A DNA stretch of 63,646 nucleotides, counting the filler, from Octopus bimaculoides (Eukaryota), in NCBI RefSeq assembly GCF_001194135.2. It is 5 parts of 4 records of this genome, joined end to end, with 100 filler letters (N's around TTAATTAATTAA, not from the genome) between each part and the next. Parts side by side here need not be neighbours in the genome. Positions count along the whole stretch, not along the records: positions 1 to 14,431 come from NC_069007.1; 4 more parts are not named here. One strand, 5' to 3'. A model generated the notes under the pieces. The model made no database searches. It worked only from the letters and a program-made list of their open reading frames with translations, and had not been told where the DNA came from. The stretch's first letter is position 1; the number at the start of each line of letters is the position of its first letter. Below, piece by piece: positions 1 through 10,665 of this stretch. The translations under genes were made by a program, and so were the position numbers.

Positions 1-325
1 AAATTTTGTGAGGAGAACAGCTCTTCCAGGATGCGAGTGCTTCACTTTCGATGATGCAGGTTTCGGATGAAGTCACTTGCCAAGAGAAATACAACTCATA
101 CATCGAATAAAAATAACGATGAATATATATATACACTCACATATATATACAGATGCATACACACACATGCATACATGAACATAGATATATACATACATAT
201 ACATTAATGCCATGAATGCATTCATTTATATGTATATATATTTATACATAAACACACGCTTGTAAACAACACTCAATATACATGTGTACATACATTTATA
301 TTTATACATATATAAACAGACACAC

Positions 326-519
326 GGCCTGAAATTTGGGGGGAAGGGGCCAGTCGATTAGATCGACCCCAGTATGCAACTGGTACTTAATTTATCGACC
401 CTGAAAAGATGAAAGGCAAAGTCGACCCTGGCGGAATTTGAACTCAGAATGTAAAGACAGATGAAATACCGCTAAGCATTTCACCCGGCGTGCTAACGGT
501 TCTGCCAGCTCACCACCTT
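326..519 (-). mobile_element. tRNA-derived SINE, family A (head GGCGAGCTGGCAGAA; core GGTCGACTTTGCCTTTCATC...GGTCGATAAATTAAGTACCAG)
   Basis: Homologous to copies at 16257, 26016, 27355, 34686, 45520, 48428 and 51920. Confidence 0.8.
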
Positions 520-631
520 TATATATGATTATTATATAAGGAAGTAGCACTTAAGTTTTGCTTAGTGCCTGGTCATAACTGCATCCTGTATAACATCTAT
601 GTGTCCGACAATTTCTCCTGCATATACATAT

Positions 632-668
<37 letters not shown>

Positions 669-748
669 CAATAATATAAATGATATATGTATGCATATAT
701 ACATACGTATATGTACATACCTACATATATATGTATATATATACATGC

Positions 749-1020
749 ATATATGGGTACAGGACATTAAAAAAAATGTGAACGAAATGAAAAATGAAAG
801 AAACAAATAGAAAAATGAGACAGGCAACATTGTTTGAAACGCAGAGTAGACAAAACAGGGGACAACTGATGAAGGGACTTTCTTTATGTTGCCTGTCTCG
901 TTTCTCTATCTGTTTCTTTTGTTGTTCAAAAAAAGTTCGTTTTCCATGTTTTTGTTTTTTTATGTTCTTGTTTTTCATTTTGTTCAGGTTTTTTTTTTTT
1001 AATGTCCTGTACCCATATAT
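749..1020. repeat. TA-flanked fold-back element with nested inverted repeats
   Basis: ATATATGGGTACAGGACATTAAAAAAAA (749-776) is the reverse complement of 993-1020; an inner pair GAGACAGGCAACAT / ATGTTGCCTGTCTC is also present. Confidence 0.8.
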
Positions 1021-1135
1021 ACATATGTAGGTATGTACGTATGTGTAAGTAAATATTCATATATATATATTATTTATATTATTATATGATAGAACACCAC
1101 ACATCCATTTCTAAGTAAGTTTTACCTATATACAT

Positions 1136-1178
<43 letters not shown>

Positions 1179-1415
1179 CATATGTACATACATATTTATA
1201 TGTACATGTTTCTCTACAGTCACACACATCTCTATACAGACAAAAGTTTGTATATGCACGCACACACACACACACTTGTTTAGACACATTCATACATACT
1301 AACACCTATATTCAAAACTCAACATAGATACCACAATAATAAAAAAAGACCATATTCCAAATTATTATTATTATTATTATAAAAGCATATAAATAATTAA
1401 TGGAAAAATTAAAAT

Positions 1416-1447
1416 TTAAACAGTTATTTGTAGCCGCTGCATGGATG
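1416..1447 (-). CDS. Candidate short terminal coding exon (phase 1: ASMQRLQITV-stop)
   Basis: Strong polypyrimidine acceptor cttcttttgctttttccAG|CA; in frame with exon 2417-2349; TAA at 1418-1416; no good donor seen nearby. Confidence 0.3.
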
Positions 1448-1499
1448 CTGGAAAAAGCAAAAGAAGTGGCTATTGTTTATCCGTTAGAAAAATTGCTAC

Positions 1500-2190
1500 A
1501 CTAACCCGTTCAGTTTTTTAATTTCTGAAAATGAACTGGGACATACTGGCAAAATGGGATTAATTTTATTTCATGATTGAGGAGGTTTTTATGACAGAAC
1601 AGAATGGCTTTTTACTGAAATAAGCAAAGCTGACAAATATCTCTCTATTGGTTGTAGGCTCTTACCAACTTACAAATTTACCCATTTTATATGTAAATTT
1701 CAATTTCTGGATTTCAAATTCCAAATATATTTGGACGAAGTTGTATCAAATTTTGTGACTAGGGCAAATATGTATGTTTGTGTTGGTTATAATGCAGTTT
1801 GAAATGGTTTGCTGTTAAGCAATCAATGTTTAACATTAAACAATATGATTGTGTGGTTGGCAACTAATTTGTTTCCCCTCTTGTGTTCATATTGGATAAT
1901 ATAGTCCTCAAGAGGTCTTGACTGTAGAATGTAAGTGGAGATTTAATAACAGAATGCCAGGTAAATTTCAATTTCTGGAATTCAAATTCCAAATATATTT
2001 GGACAAAGTTGGATCAGATTTCCTGACTAGAGCAAAAGGTATATTTGTGCTGGTTATATTAGGCTTGAAAGAATTTTCTGTTAAGCTATATATTTTTAAC
2101 ATTGAACAATATGTTTGGGTGGTTGGCAACTAAGCCATCTCCCCTCTTTCATCCACATTGAATAATACGGTCTTCAGAAGGCTCTGAATG
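1500..2190 (-). mobile_element. Degenerate Penelope-like element 3' end (GIY-YIG), internally duplicated (~270 bp tandem)
   Basis: Minus-strand remnants LTENSFK..YNQHKYTF (frameshifted), TLSKYIWNL and ICQLCLF; 1690-1925 and 1960-2190 are diverged direct copies. Confidence 0.65.
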
Positions 2191-2348
2191 CAAAACTTCA
2201 GGAAAAATTACAACTGAATGGCAGGGAGAAGGCAATTTTGTCCGATGTTCTACTGACTGGTCAGTCCACTGCCACCCTGTCCAGTAAAAATTATATAAAG
2301 TGTTAGTGTAGTTAATTATTACAGGTGGAATGGTTAGTGAATATTTAC

Positions 2349-2417
2349 CTGTTGATACTGAGGAATTAGGGAATGCTGCAGCAAAAGCTGCATCAGTGGT
2401 AAATGCTGATTCTCCGG
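2349..2417 (-). CDS. PICALM: Likely downstream 69-nt symmetric exon of the same AP180/CALM-like gene (xGESAFTTDAAFAAAFPNSSVST)
   Basis: Acceptor tttcatttgattttctAG|CC and donor ACAG|GTaaat; phase 1 to 1, compatible with the phase-1 end of exon 9328-9013; Phe-spaced low-complexity peptide typical of endocytic adaptor tails. Confidence 0.6.
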
Positions 2418-3639
2418 CTAGAAAATCAAATGAAATAAAATAAAGAACACAAATATTAAATGGTACCCTACAGAAACACACATTTATTCTTTCGATAATT
2501 TCAGTCATTGGACAACAGCCATGTTAGGGGTTTTTAGAACCATCTTAGGGGATTTTAGATGATTGATTCTCATACTTTGGTACTTATTTTATTAATTGCT
2601 TTTGCTGAATGGTTAAGTCCCAATTAAGATACATAACTTGGAAGAGACAACAAAAGGTACTTTTGTTTGATGCACCAAATTTCCCAACCATGTTCTTTTG
2701 CCAATAAACAACAACATGTACACATGTGATGAAATTTCTGCACAGTTTCCGTGCACCAAATTTCGTTGACAGGGCATGGCTTATCTTGATGCTTTGGAGA
2801 TGATACTTGCCTATGTTTCTGCATACAGGGATTGAAATGAAAACAATGAAATTGTTAAGAAGTGAACACTATTAACCAAGCAACTATGCCTACACACACA
2901 TCATCACATGTCCACAACAATTTTTGTTTCATTTAACGAATGTCTAATTAAAATGAGAAGGGGTAAAGGATGAGGTCTGTGGAATATAAGTATGGGTTCT
3001 ATGATTTGGAGGAAAATCATATAAAGGTTTTGTGCCAATTTAAGTTTGGAAACTGGGCTACACGAGGACCACTTAGGTATGGACTGAGTTCATAGATCAA
3101 ATCCAGCTTGAAACTACGTACTCAGGAATAAGACAATTGATGATGATCGGGCTAAATTGATTGAAACACAGTACAGATGGGAATATAAAAAAAAAAAACA
3201 ATATGGTAAACAAATACCAGGATTGGTAGATCACCAGATAATATGCTGAGTATTATTGGATGTCTTAAATTATTTTGCATTCTCAGCTCAAATCCTACTC
3301 TTACCCAATTTGCTTTCCATCCCACCTGGGATTTAAAGAGTCCAACACAAGGTCCAGCATCCTTGTTGCAGTGTGGTAGCTTGTATGCTTCAATGACCCT
3401 GAGAGTTATTCCAGCAGAGTGCAAGCCCCTGGTAGAGCTTCCCATATTGGACAGATCAAAGGATTGGGGCCCATACTAGTATGGACCACCTCTTCCCAGA
3501 GGTAAAAAATAGGTTTGTGTAGAGCCAATACCCCTCCCTAGAAATGAGCAAAGCTAGAGTAGGGTCAACAATTCCAAAACCAGCAAGACCTGGGTGAAGA
3601 AGGCCATCCCTTAGGGGAACCTGACACAGTTCAGAAAAA

Positions 3640-3887
3640 TCTGAAAATAAGCGGGAATGGTTAGGCCACACCTTAAGGAATCTAACTGCAAGCAGGCCCT
3701 GATTTGGAACCCACGAAGGAAGCAGAAGAGCGGATGCCCTAAAAACTGCTGGAGATGAGATACTGAGGTAGAGCTGAAAAAACAGAGATTCAACTGCAGA
3801 AAAGAGACAGTCTAGAGTCAAGAACAGTAAAGAAAATTTGTTGATAGGCTCTACTCCACAGGGAGCTAAGGGCTGAAGTAAGTAAGG
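3640..3887 (+). mobile_element. RTE-clade LINE 3' end, degenerate
   Basis: EWLGHTLR..KQALIWNPRRKQKSGCPKNCWR resembles the RTE C-terminal [29 protein letters not shown]; ends in a GAAGTAAGTAAG tail. Confidence 0.7.
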
Positions 3888-4299
3888 TAAAAAAAATAAG
3901 CACTAGGAGTGAAGTAAGTGATTCTGCTCTAAAAGGTGATGCCCCAGTATGGCCATAGTCCAATGAGTGAAACTACTTAAAGAATGAAACAAATCTTTAA
4001 AGATGAGGGTTAGTAATCTGAAAAATTTAAATCTTATCATGAATAAAAATGAAATATTTTAGCGAGTCATTTATACAATTTATTCATATTTTCATGGATA
4101 AATCACATGGAAGCAACTGAAATGAGATGAGATATATAACTAGGTTAGTCATTGGTTGAGCAACTCTGATCAGGTGGAGACCAAGTGACTGATGAGGTTT
4201 TTTTCCCCAATGGTGAATGCTAAAAGCTGAGATAAAACCAGAAGGATATGTAAACCTAATTTGAGAGAGAGAAAAACAATTTAAATTGAGAATTGAACA

Positions 4300-5045
4300 C
4301 CAGTAATGTTTGTCAAACAAGCAATTGATGCAGGATTTGAATCGGTTCAAAATGGTGAATTTCAGTAGGAGTGTTTATCAAACAAGCAATTGACATGGTT
4401 TGAATCAAAACCTGTGACGTGATGAACGTCAGTGTTTGTCAAACAAGCAATTGACACATGGTTTGAATAAAAATCAGTGCTGTGTACTTCGGTTACATGT
4501 TTGTCAAACAAGCAATTGTCAAACAAGTGCTTTGAATTCAGATCAGCACAGCAAATGTCAGTAATGTTTGTCAAACAAGCAACTGATACATGCTTTGGTT
4601 TATATCAACAGTGAATTTCAGTAATACGTTTGTCAAACAAGCAACAGATATGTGCTTTCAATTCGCATCAGTGCAGTGAACGTTAATAATGTGTTTGTCA
4701 AACAAGCAATTGATACATGCTGTAATTAACATGCTCATCAGACAAGCAATTGTCACATGCAGTGAGCCACACTGGTGAGGTGAACTAACATTGTGTTCAT
4801 CAAACAAGCAAGTGATACAAGGTTCAAATCAAATTACAGTACTGTGTAGTGAACACAGTACTGCAAGTGCTAACAATTGAGACACATTTGGCTATACCAT
4901 AGTAATAAATACATGCTTGGAGTCCTATGACTCTTGTGAATTTAGTAATGTGCTCATTGAGCAAGCGGTTGGTACATGCCTTAAGTGACATCAATGCCAT
5001 GAACTAAGCATATATGTGTTCATTGTCAAGCAAGCAACTAAAACA
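4300..5045. repeat. Degenerate minisatellite, ~12 units of ~40-90 bp (mostly 61-67 bp), with conserved core TGTTTGTCAAACAAGCAATTGA
   Basis: Core starts at 4307, 4372, 4433, 4498, 4565, 4627, 4692, 4732, 4794, ~4862, 4951 and ~5017. Confidence 0.85.
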
Positions 5046-5327
5046 TACAGCAATGAGAAAAGTGAAATGTGTTGATCATCATTTGATGTCCCGTCTCTGC
5101 TGCTTGCGGCATATTGATAGAAGAAAATCTCCCATCACATTTTATGGTCTGTTGACTGCTCCTCAAAAGATACAGCTGGCTTCTCTCCCCAACCAATAAT
5201 ATATAGCAGTATCTAGTTATATAAAGTACTGATAAATTAGGCCATCACTACAGTGGATGAACCAACCAGCATATTAGTAAATTTAAGGGCTTACTGTTTT
5301 ATGTGTGTGTACATGTAGATATATGTG

Positions 5328-5363
<36 letters not shown>

Positions 5364-5372
<9 letters not shown>

Positions 5373-5625
5373 TAGTTACAGAATAAAAGCATTACATTTG
5401 GGTCAACGACTCAACATACAACAGTCCCCTCAATAAACAATCATATATAAAGAAATACATCAAAGTCCACAAAAACATAAGAAAATATATATTAAAAAAT
5501 AATAAAATGATATAAAAAAAAAAAAAATTTTTTTTAATATATATATGATCGTTTATTGAGGGGACTGTTGTATGTTGAGTCGTTGACCCAAATGTAATGC
5601 TTTTATTCCGTAACTAATAATTTTA
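5364..5625. repeat. Near-perfect inverted repeat, 86-bp arms, 90-nt A-rich loop
   Basis: 5364-5449 versus the reverse complement of 5540-5625: 84/86 identical; the left arm directly follows a (TA)n run. Confidence 0.95.
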
Positions 5626-7090
5626 CATCCCTGTCTCAATTAACTTGAGCACTTCTCTTTGCAGCCCTGTAAAAAACTAATTTGTTTCCTAATTACTATT
5701 ACCTATATATATACACACATATATACACATACACACACAAACATGAGTGAGTAGGCAACCGAAAGGGCACTCAACACATTTATTAGGAGTTACATGTATG
5801 GATCAAAACAGTTTGATTCAAACTCCCTGGTACTCTGAATGAGAGATTGAGTGAAGAGAGTCAATGTTTAATACAAGACATTAGCTGTATGTATATATAT
5901 ATGTATATATATATATATATATATGATCAACATCACATTGGTGGATAAAGATTCTTTATTTGTGAATTAATTTGTGAATTACCATTAGTTTCATGTTAAG
6001 GAAGACCTCAACAATTATCAAGCCTCTCACATGGAACATCATTGTTCATGTGATGTGACAGGCTTGAAAACTGTTGCAGTCTTCCATAACATGAAACCAA
6101 TGATAGCCTTAATACATAAAGTGTGTGTGTGTGTGTGCGTAACAGATGGGTCGTCTATTCTTCCTACCTTTAACCAGTCAACTGTGTAAGTAGCATTTTT
6201 GACTGACCACCAGTGAAGCAAGGCTGAGCTAACAACAAGTTAGTGTGACTTGCAGTAAAGCGGAAAGAGCAATGTAAATGTTTCAGCCAAGAGGTCCTGT
6301 GAAGAAAAGATTCCCTTCAAAGAGAGGAGCAGGAAGGGTCAGAAATAGCCCCTGCTCAGATGTCTGGAGTGAAATATCAATGAGACTTCACTTCTCCCGT
6401 ATATCACAATGACATTATATATTTGCTAGCTTTATGGACCTGGTCTTTTTTTTTTTATTAACACAGTTCTCACCCGACTCCCACCTCAACCACTGAAGGT
6501 AACAGTTTCTTATGATCCTCAGATTTTCCTGGTCTGACATTTTTTTACGTAGGGTGCACTTGATGTCTCCTTCAATGAGCTGACACAATGCAAAAATGTG
6601 CATCAGTAAAATGCTTTGTTTTGAACTCAGAACAATGTGATCTCAAATATGCCAGAACTTTAGTGTCATCAAGTAAGCCCAGCATTCCAGATGTGCTAGA
6701 AATAACAGCCAAATCTTCCTTAAATCATATGCTGGCAAATATATAAATAAAGGTATTTTCCTCTTATCATCAGCTAATATTTTTTTTATCAACAGCCAAT
6801 ATTTAAGTAAACTAGTGAGACACGTAGCTAGATGATCAGAGGACTTTCAGAACAATTATTACTACCTCATGGAGAAAGAAAAGAACAAAGAATTAGGTGA
6901 TTGTTTCTTTCAATATTTTTTTACTCTTGTTTTCAATGAAAAGCCAAATTTAGAAGCATTTAACTTAATCCTGAAATATATTTCTTTGCTGGAGTGCAGC
7001 ACTGGAATAAATGAATTATATTGATGTTATAAAACAAGAATTCTTCTATGTATTAGCAACAGAGGTATTTGAGATCATGTTTGGTCTTAC

Positions 7091-7189
7091 CAATGATAGA
7101 ACAGTCGGGTGTCCATCATTGATAAAACCATATAAGGTCACGTGATCTGGTATTCTTGGCACTGGAGGTAGCAGGAATTTATCTCCCAG
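7091..7189 (-). other. Candidate 99-nt exon (open only in phase 0: LGDKFLLPPVPRIPDHVTLYGFINDGHPTVLSL)
   Basis: Acceptor cttatttttattgctAG and donor ATTG|GTaaga; phases 1 and 2 contain stop codons. Confidence 0.35.
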
Positions 7190-7252
7190 CTAGCAATAAA
7201 AATAAGAGCGCTTTTTAAAAAGCCAATGTGAGTTCCTCTAATGGTAACTTAC

Positions 7253-7295
7253 CACAATATAGTTTGTTCCATATTTAAATAGGAATAAATATTAT
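7253..7295 (-). other. Candidate 43-nt exon (open only in phase 1: DNIYSYLNMEQTIL)
   Basis: Acceptor gttcttacAG and consensus donor GTG|GTAAGT; a 63-nt intron separates it from 7189. Confidence 0.3.
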
Positions 7296-8159
7296 CTGTA
7301 AGAACTTTTATATCTTCAATACTTATGTATTCATACTCCTTTTTTTTTTATTGTTCTTAATTTTATTTTACTTAACATTAATTCTATAATCATAGTTAAA
7401 TTGAATAAAAATCATCTAGTTTATATAAATCACAGTATGTATGTGTATATTGACTAATGCATACATTTCCACAATTCACAACCTATTTTCACCAAACTTT
7501 ATACATACATTACTTATGTAAAAAGGATGGTCACACACTATAACATTTTGCCCAGAGCTCCTGAGTAAATGGACAAACTGGGAAAAATGGTGGTTTACAT
7601 GGGTTTTTCTCCAATTCATTGTATGCACATAGTTTTTTTTGTATGTAGGGTCTTCCATACTTTTTTAATCTATATGGTCATATATTGGCATTAGAGAATA
7701 TTTTTTAGTGGTTTTCACATTTTTTTTTTATTTATTATTTATTTATATGTTGTAATTGTGCATTATTACTTTCATTACTTTTTTATATATGAATTGGCGT
7801 GTATTGTTTGAGGGTTTTGGTTAGTGAATATTATAAAAGTAAAAGGATTTTTGTCTATTTATTTACTTTGACTGTTCTCCATACTTTTTAAATCAATATA
7901 GTTGTATATTTGCATTACAGAATATTCTTTAGTTGTTTTCACATTTTTTGAGTTATTATTTATTTATTTATTTATATGTTAAACTGCCCAAAGGATAGGT
8001 GCATTTGCTAGTGAAAAAGAAATCCAAAACATTTAGGCTTTAAATATTTTTGTCCTCATATTCCATACCATTTGCTGGTAAATTTTTACGGGGACTTTTC
8101 TCAATGAGAGAGGAATAGCCATTTTGAAAGTTTGCCAATCAATTATTACACCTGTCTTT

Positions 8160-8490
8160 GACTTTGTTTCAGTCTTTGGACTGTGGCCATGCTGGGGCCC
8201 TGCTTCACTCAAGCAAATCAACCTCAGTGCCTATTTTTAAGTCTTGTACTTATTCCATTGGAATCATTTTGCTGACCTGCTAAGTTACAGGGGCATAAAC
8301 AAAGCAACACCGGTTGTCAGGTAGTGGGGGAGGGGACAAACAAATACACACAAACATACAAAACAGATTTCTCTCACTTTCCATCAATAAATCTATTCAC
8401 AAGGCTTTGGTCAGCCAAGGGCTACAGTGGAATACATTTGCTGAAGGTACCACGCAGTGGGACTGATCCCATGACCACATGCTGTGAAGC
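8160..8490 (-). mobile_element. Old tRNA-derived SINE, family B
   Basis: Reverse-complement match to the full copy at 28547-28972; heavy CpG decay. Confidence 0.75.
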
Positions 8491-8499
8491 AAGCTTCTG

Positions 8500-8631
8500 A
8501 CTACAGAGTCAAGCCACATGGTCCTGAGTTCAGTCTTACAGCATGGCACCTAGGCAAATGTCTTCTACTAAAGCTACCAGCTGACCAAAGCCTTTTGAGT
8601 GGATTTGCTAAACGGAAACTAATAGAAGCCC

Positions 8632-8668
<37 letters not shown>

Positions 8669-8862
8669 ATATTTGTCCCATCATCACCGTTTGACAATTG
8701 GTGTTGGTTTGTTTCTGTTATGTCCCCCATAACTTACAGGTGTAGCAAAAGAGACCGATAGAATAAGTACTGGGCTTTAAAATAAAATAAATGTACTGGG
8801 GTCAATCTGTTCGACAAAACCCCTTCAAAGCAGTGCTGCAGCATGGCTACAGACCGATAATA
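8500..8862 (+). mobile_element. Old tRNA-derived SINE, family B with internal (TG)n
   Basis: CACATGGTCCTGAGTTCAGTC...GGCAAATGTCTTCTACTA...GAGACCGATAGAATAAGTACT...GCATGGC. Confidence 0.8.
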
Positions 8863-9012
8863 AAACAGTTGATCTCAGTCAAGATTAACCAACAACAACA
8901 ACTACTACTATACATAAAACACACAGAAAATCAATAAATGTAACTCTAATAAAACAAAAATGTTCTACATATATACATATATATATAAAACGGTATTTTT
9001 TGTTGAATATAC

Positions 9013-9328
9013 CTTGGTTTGTGGCATTCATGGCGGGGGATGCTGGTTTCGCTGTCCAGCCCATCGAAGTCATTGTGGTGGTTTGACCAGGTGACACTGC
9101 ATTTGTGGGAAGACTGTCGACGAATGGGTTAGTGGAGGCAGACAGACCGAGCAGGTCACTGATTGGTTTTGCGGGTTGTGTGGTTGTCAAACTAGTATCG
9201 AGGAGCAGGTCAGAGGTGACGGCCTCTGCTGGGCCACTGCTGAATGGGTTCGTCGACGCATACGTAGCTGGCTGATTCTGTGGGGAGGTCTGTGGAGAGG
9301 TCTGGTTTAATTCCTTAATTCGTTGATC
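9013..9328 (-). CDS. PICALM: Internal coding exon of an AP180/CALM (PICALM/SNAP91/lap/unc-11 family) clathrin-assembly protein, start of the disordered post-ANTH region
   Basis: Acceptor atctcttcccAG|GAT and donor CAAG|GTatat; 316 nt, phase 0 to 1. Open frame DQRIKELNQTSPQ...STNPFSS...SDLLLD...SDLLGLSASTNPFVD...MGWTAKPASPAMNATNQ. DQRIKEL matches the exon-initial EQRLKEL of PICALM as I recall it; NPF and DLL motifs are typical of AP180/CALM. Confidence 0.75.
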
Positions 9329-9906
9329 CTGGGAAGAGATATCAAACAATTATATATATNNNNNNNNNNNNNNNNNNNNNNNNNNNNNNNNNNNNNNNNN
9401 NNNNNNNNNNNNNNNNNNNNNNNNNNNNNNNNNNNNNNNNNNNNNNNNNNNNNNNNNNNNNNNNNNNNNNNNNNNNNNNNNNNNNNNNNNNNNNNNNNNN
9501 NNNNNNNNNNNNNNNNNNNNNNNNNNNNNNNNNNNNNNNNNNNNNNNNNNNNNNNNNNNNNNNNNNNNNNNNNNNNNNNNNNNNNNNNNNNNNNNNNNNN
9601 NNNNNNNNNNNNNNNNNNNNNNNNNNNNNNNNNNNNNNNNNNNNNNNNNNNNNNNNNNNNNNNNNNNNNNNNNNNNNNNNNNNNNNNNNNNNNNNNNNNN
9701 NNNNNNNNNNNNNNNNNNNNNNNNNNNNNNNNNNNNNNNNNNNNNNNNNNNNNNNNNNNNNNNNNNNNNNNNNNNNNNNNNNNNNNNNNNNNNNNNNNNN
9801 NNNNNNNNNNNNNNNNNNNNNNNNNNNNNNNNNNNNNNNNNNNNNNNNNNNNNNNNNNNNNNNNNNNNNNNNNNNNNNNNNNNNNNNNNNNNNNNNNNNN
9901 NNNNNN

Positions 9907-9907
<1 letters not shown>

Positions 9908-9967
<60 letters not shown>

Positions 9968-10040
9968 GAGATAGATAGATAGATAGATAGAGAGATAGAT
10001 AGATTGAGAGATAGATAGATACACACACACACACACATAC
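9908..10040. repeat. (AGAT)n and (CA)n microsatellite next to a gap
   Basis: Directly visible. Confidence 0.95.
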
Positions 10041-10489
10041 AAAGAGAGAAAGAGGGACAGGGAAACATGCCATCGTCATCTCTTCAGCATCCACTTTTCC
10101 ATGCTTGCATATGTCAGATGAAGTTTACTAATACTGATTTTCCATAGCTGGATGCCTTTCCTATCACTAACTCTCACCTGTTCCCAAGCAGAGTAATAAT
10201 ATTTCCCTATGAACAGACATGTTTCTCACCGAATACTGGAAATGATTGACACTGCTTGTATGATGGTGCCAGTCATTTACAACTATCATGTAATGTTAAG
10301 ACAAGGACACACACACAACAAGCTTCTTTCAGTTTCTGCCTACCGAATCTATTCAAAAGGTTTTGTAGTTGAGGAACACTTGTGGGCCGTAGACCAAACT
10401 GGCCTCAGATGTTGCATTGTGGGACTGAACCATAAACCACATGGCCATGAAGTAAATTTCTTAATCACACAGCTCTTCTTCAATACCAT

Positions 10490-10665
10490 CATCATCATCA
10501 TCATCATCATTTAATGTCCATGTTTGATGCTGACATGGACTGTACACAGTTTGACATAATGCAATGGGCCCAGGAGCTGCACTGTACTCCAGTGTCTGCT
10601 TTGGCAAGGTTTGTGTGGTCGGATGTCCTTCCTAACACCAACCACTTTGCAGTGCGTCCTGGCTG
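10490..10665 (-). mobile_element. SINE 3' part with V-domain-like GGATGTCCTTCCTAACACCAACCAC and (CAT)n tail
   Basis: (CAT)n followed by TTTAATGTCC; similar starts at ~10075 and ~59575. Confidence 0.55.

Noticed and set aside
4185-4250. CTGATGAGGTTTT...AAAACC hammerhead-like start
   Set aside because: No GAAA core follows the putative stem II.
4300-5045. True CRISPR array
   Set aside because: Eukaryotic intron, no cas genes, and the spacers are mutually homologous.
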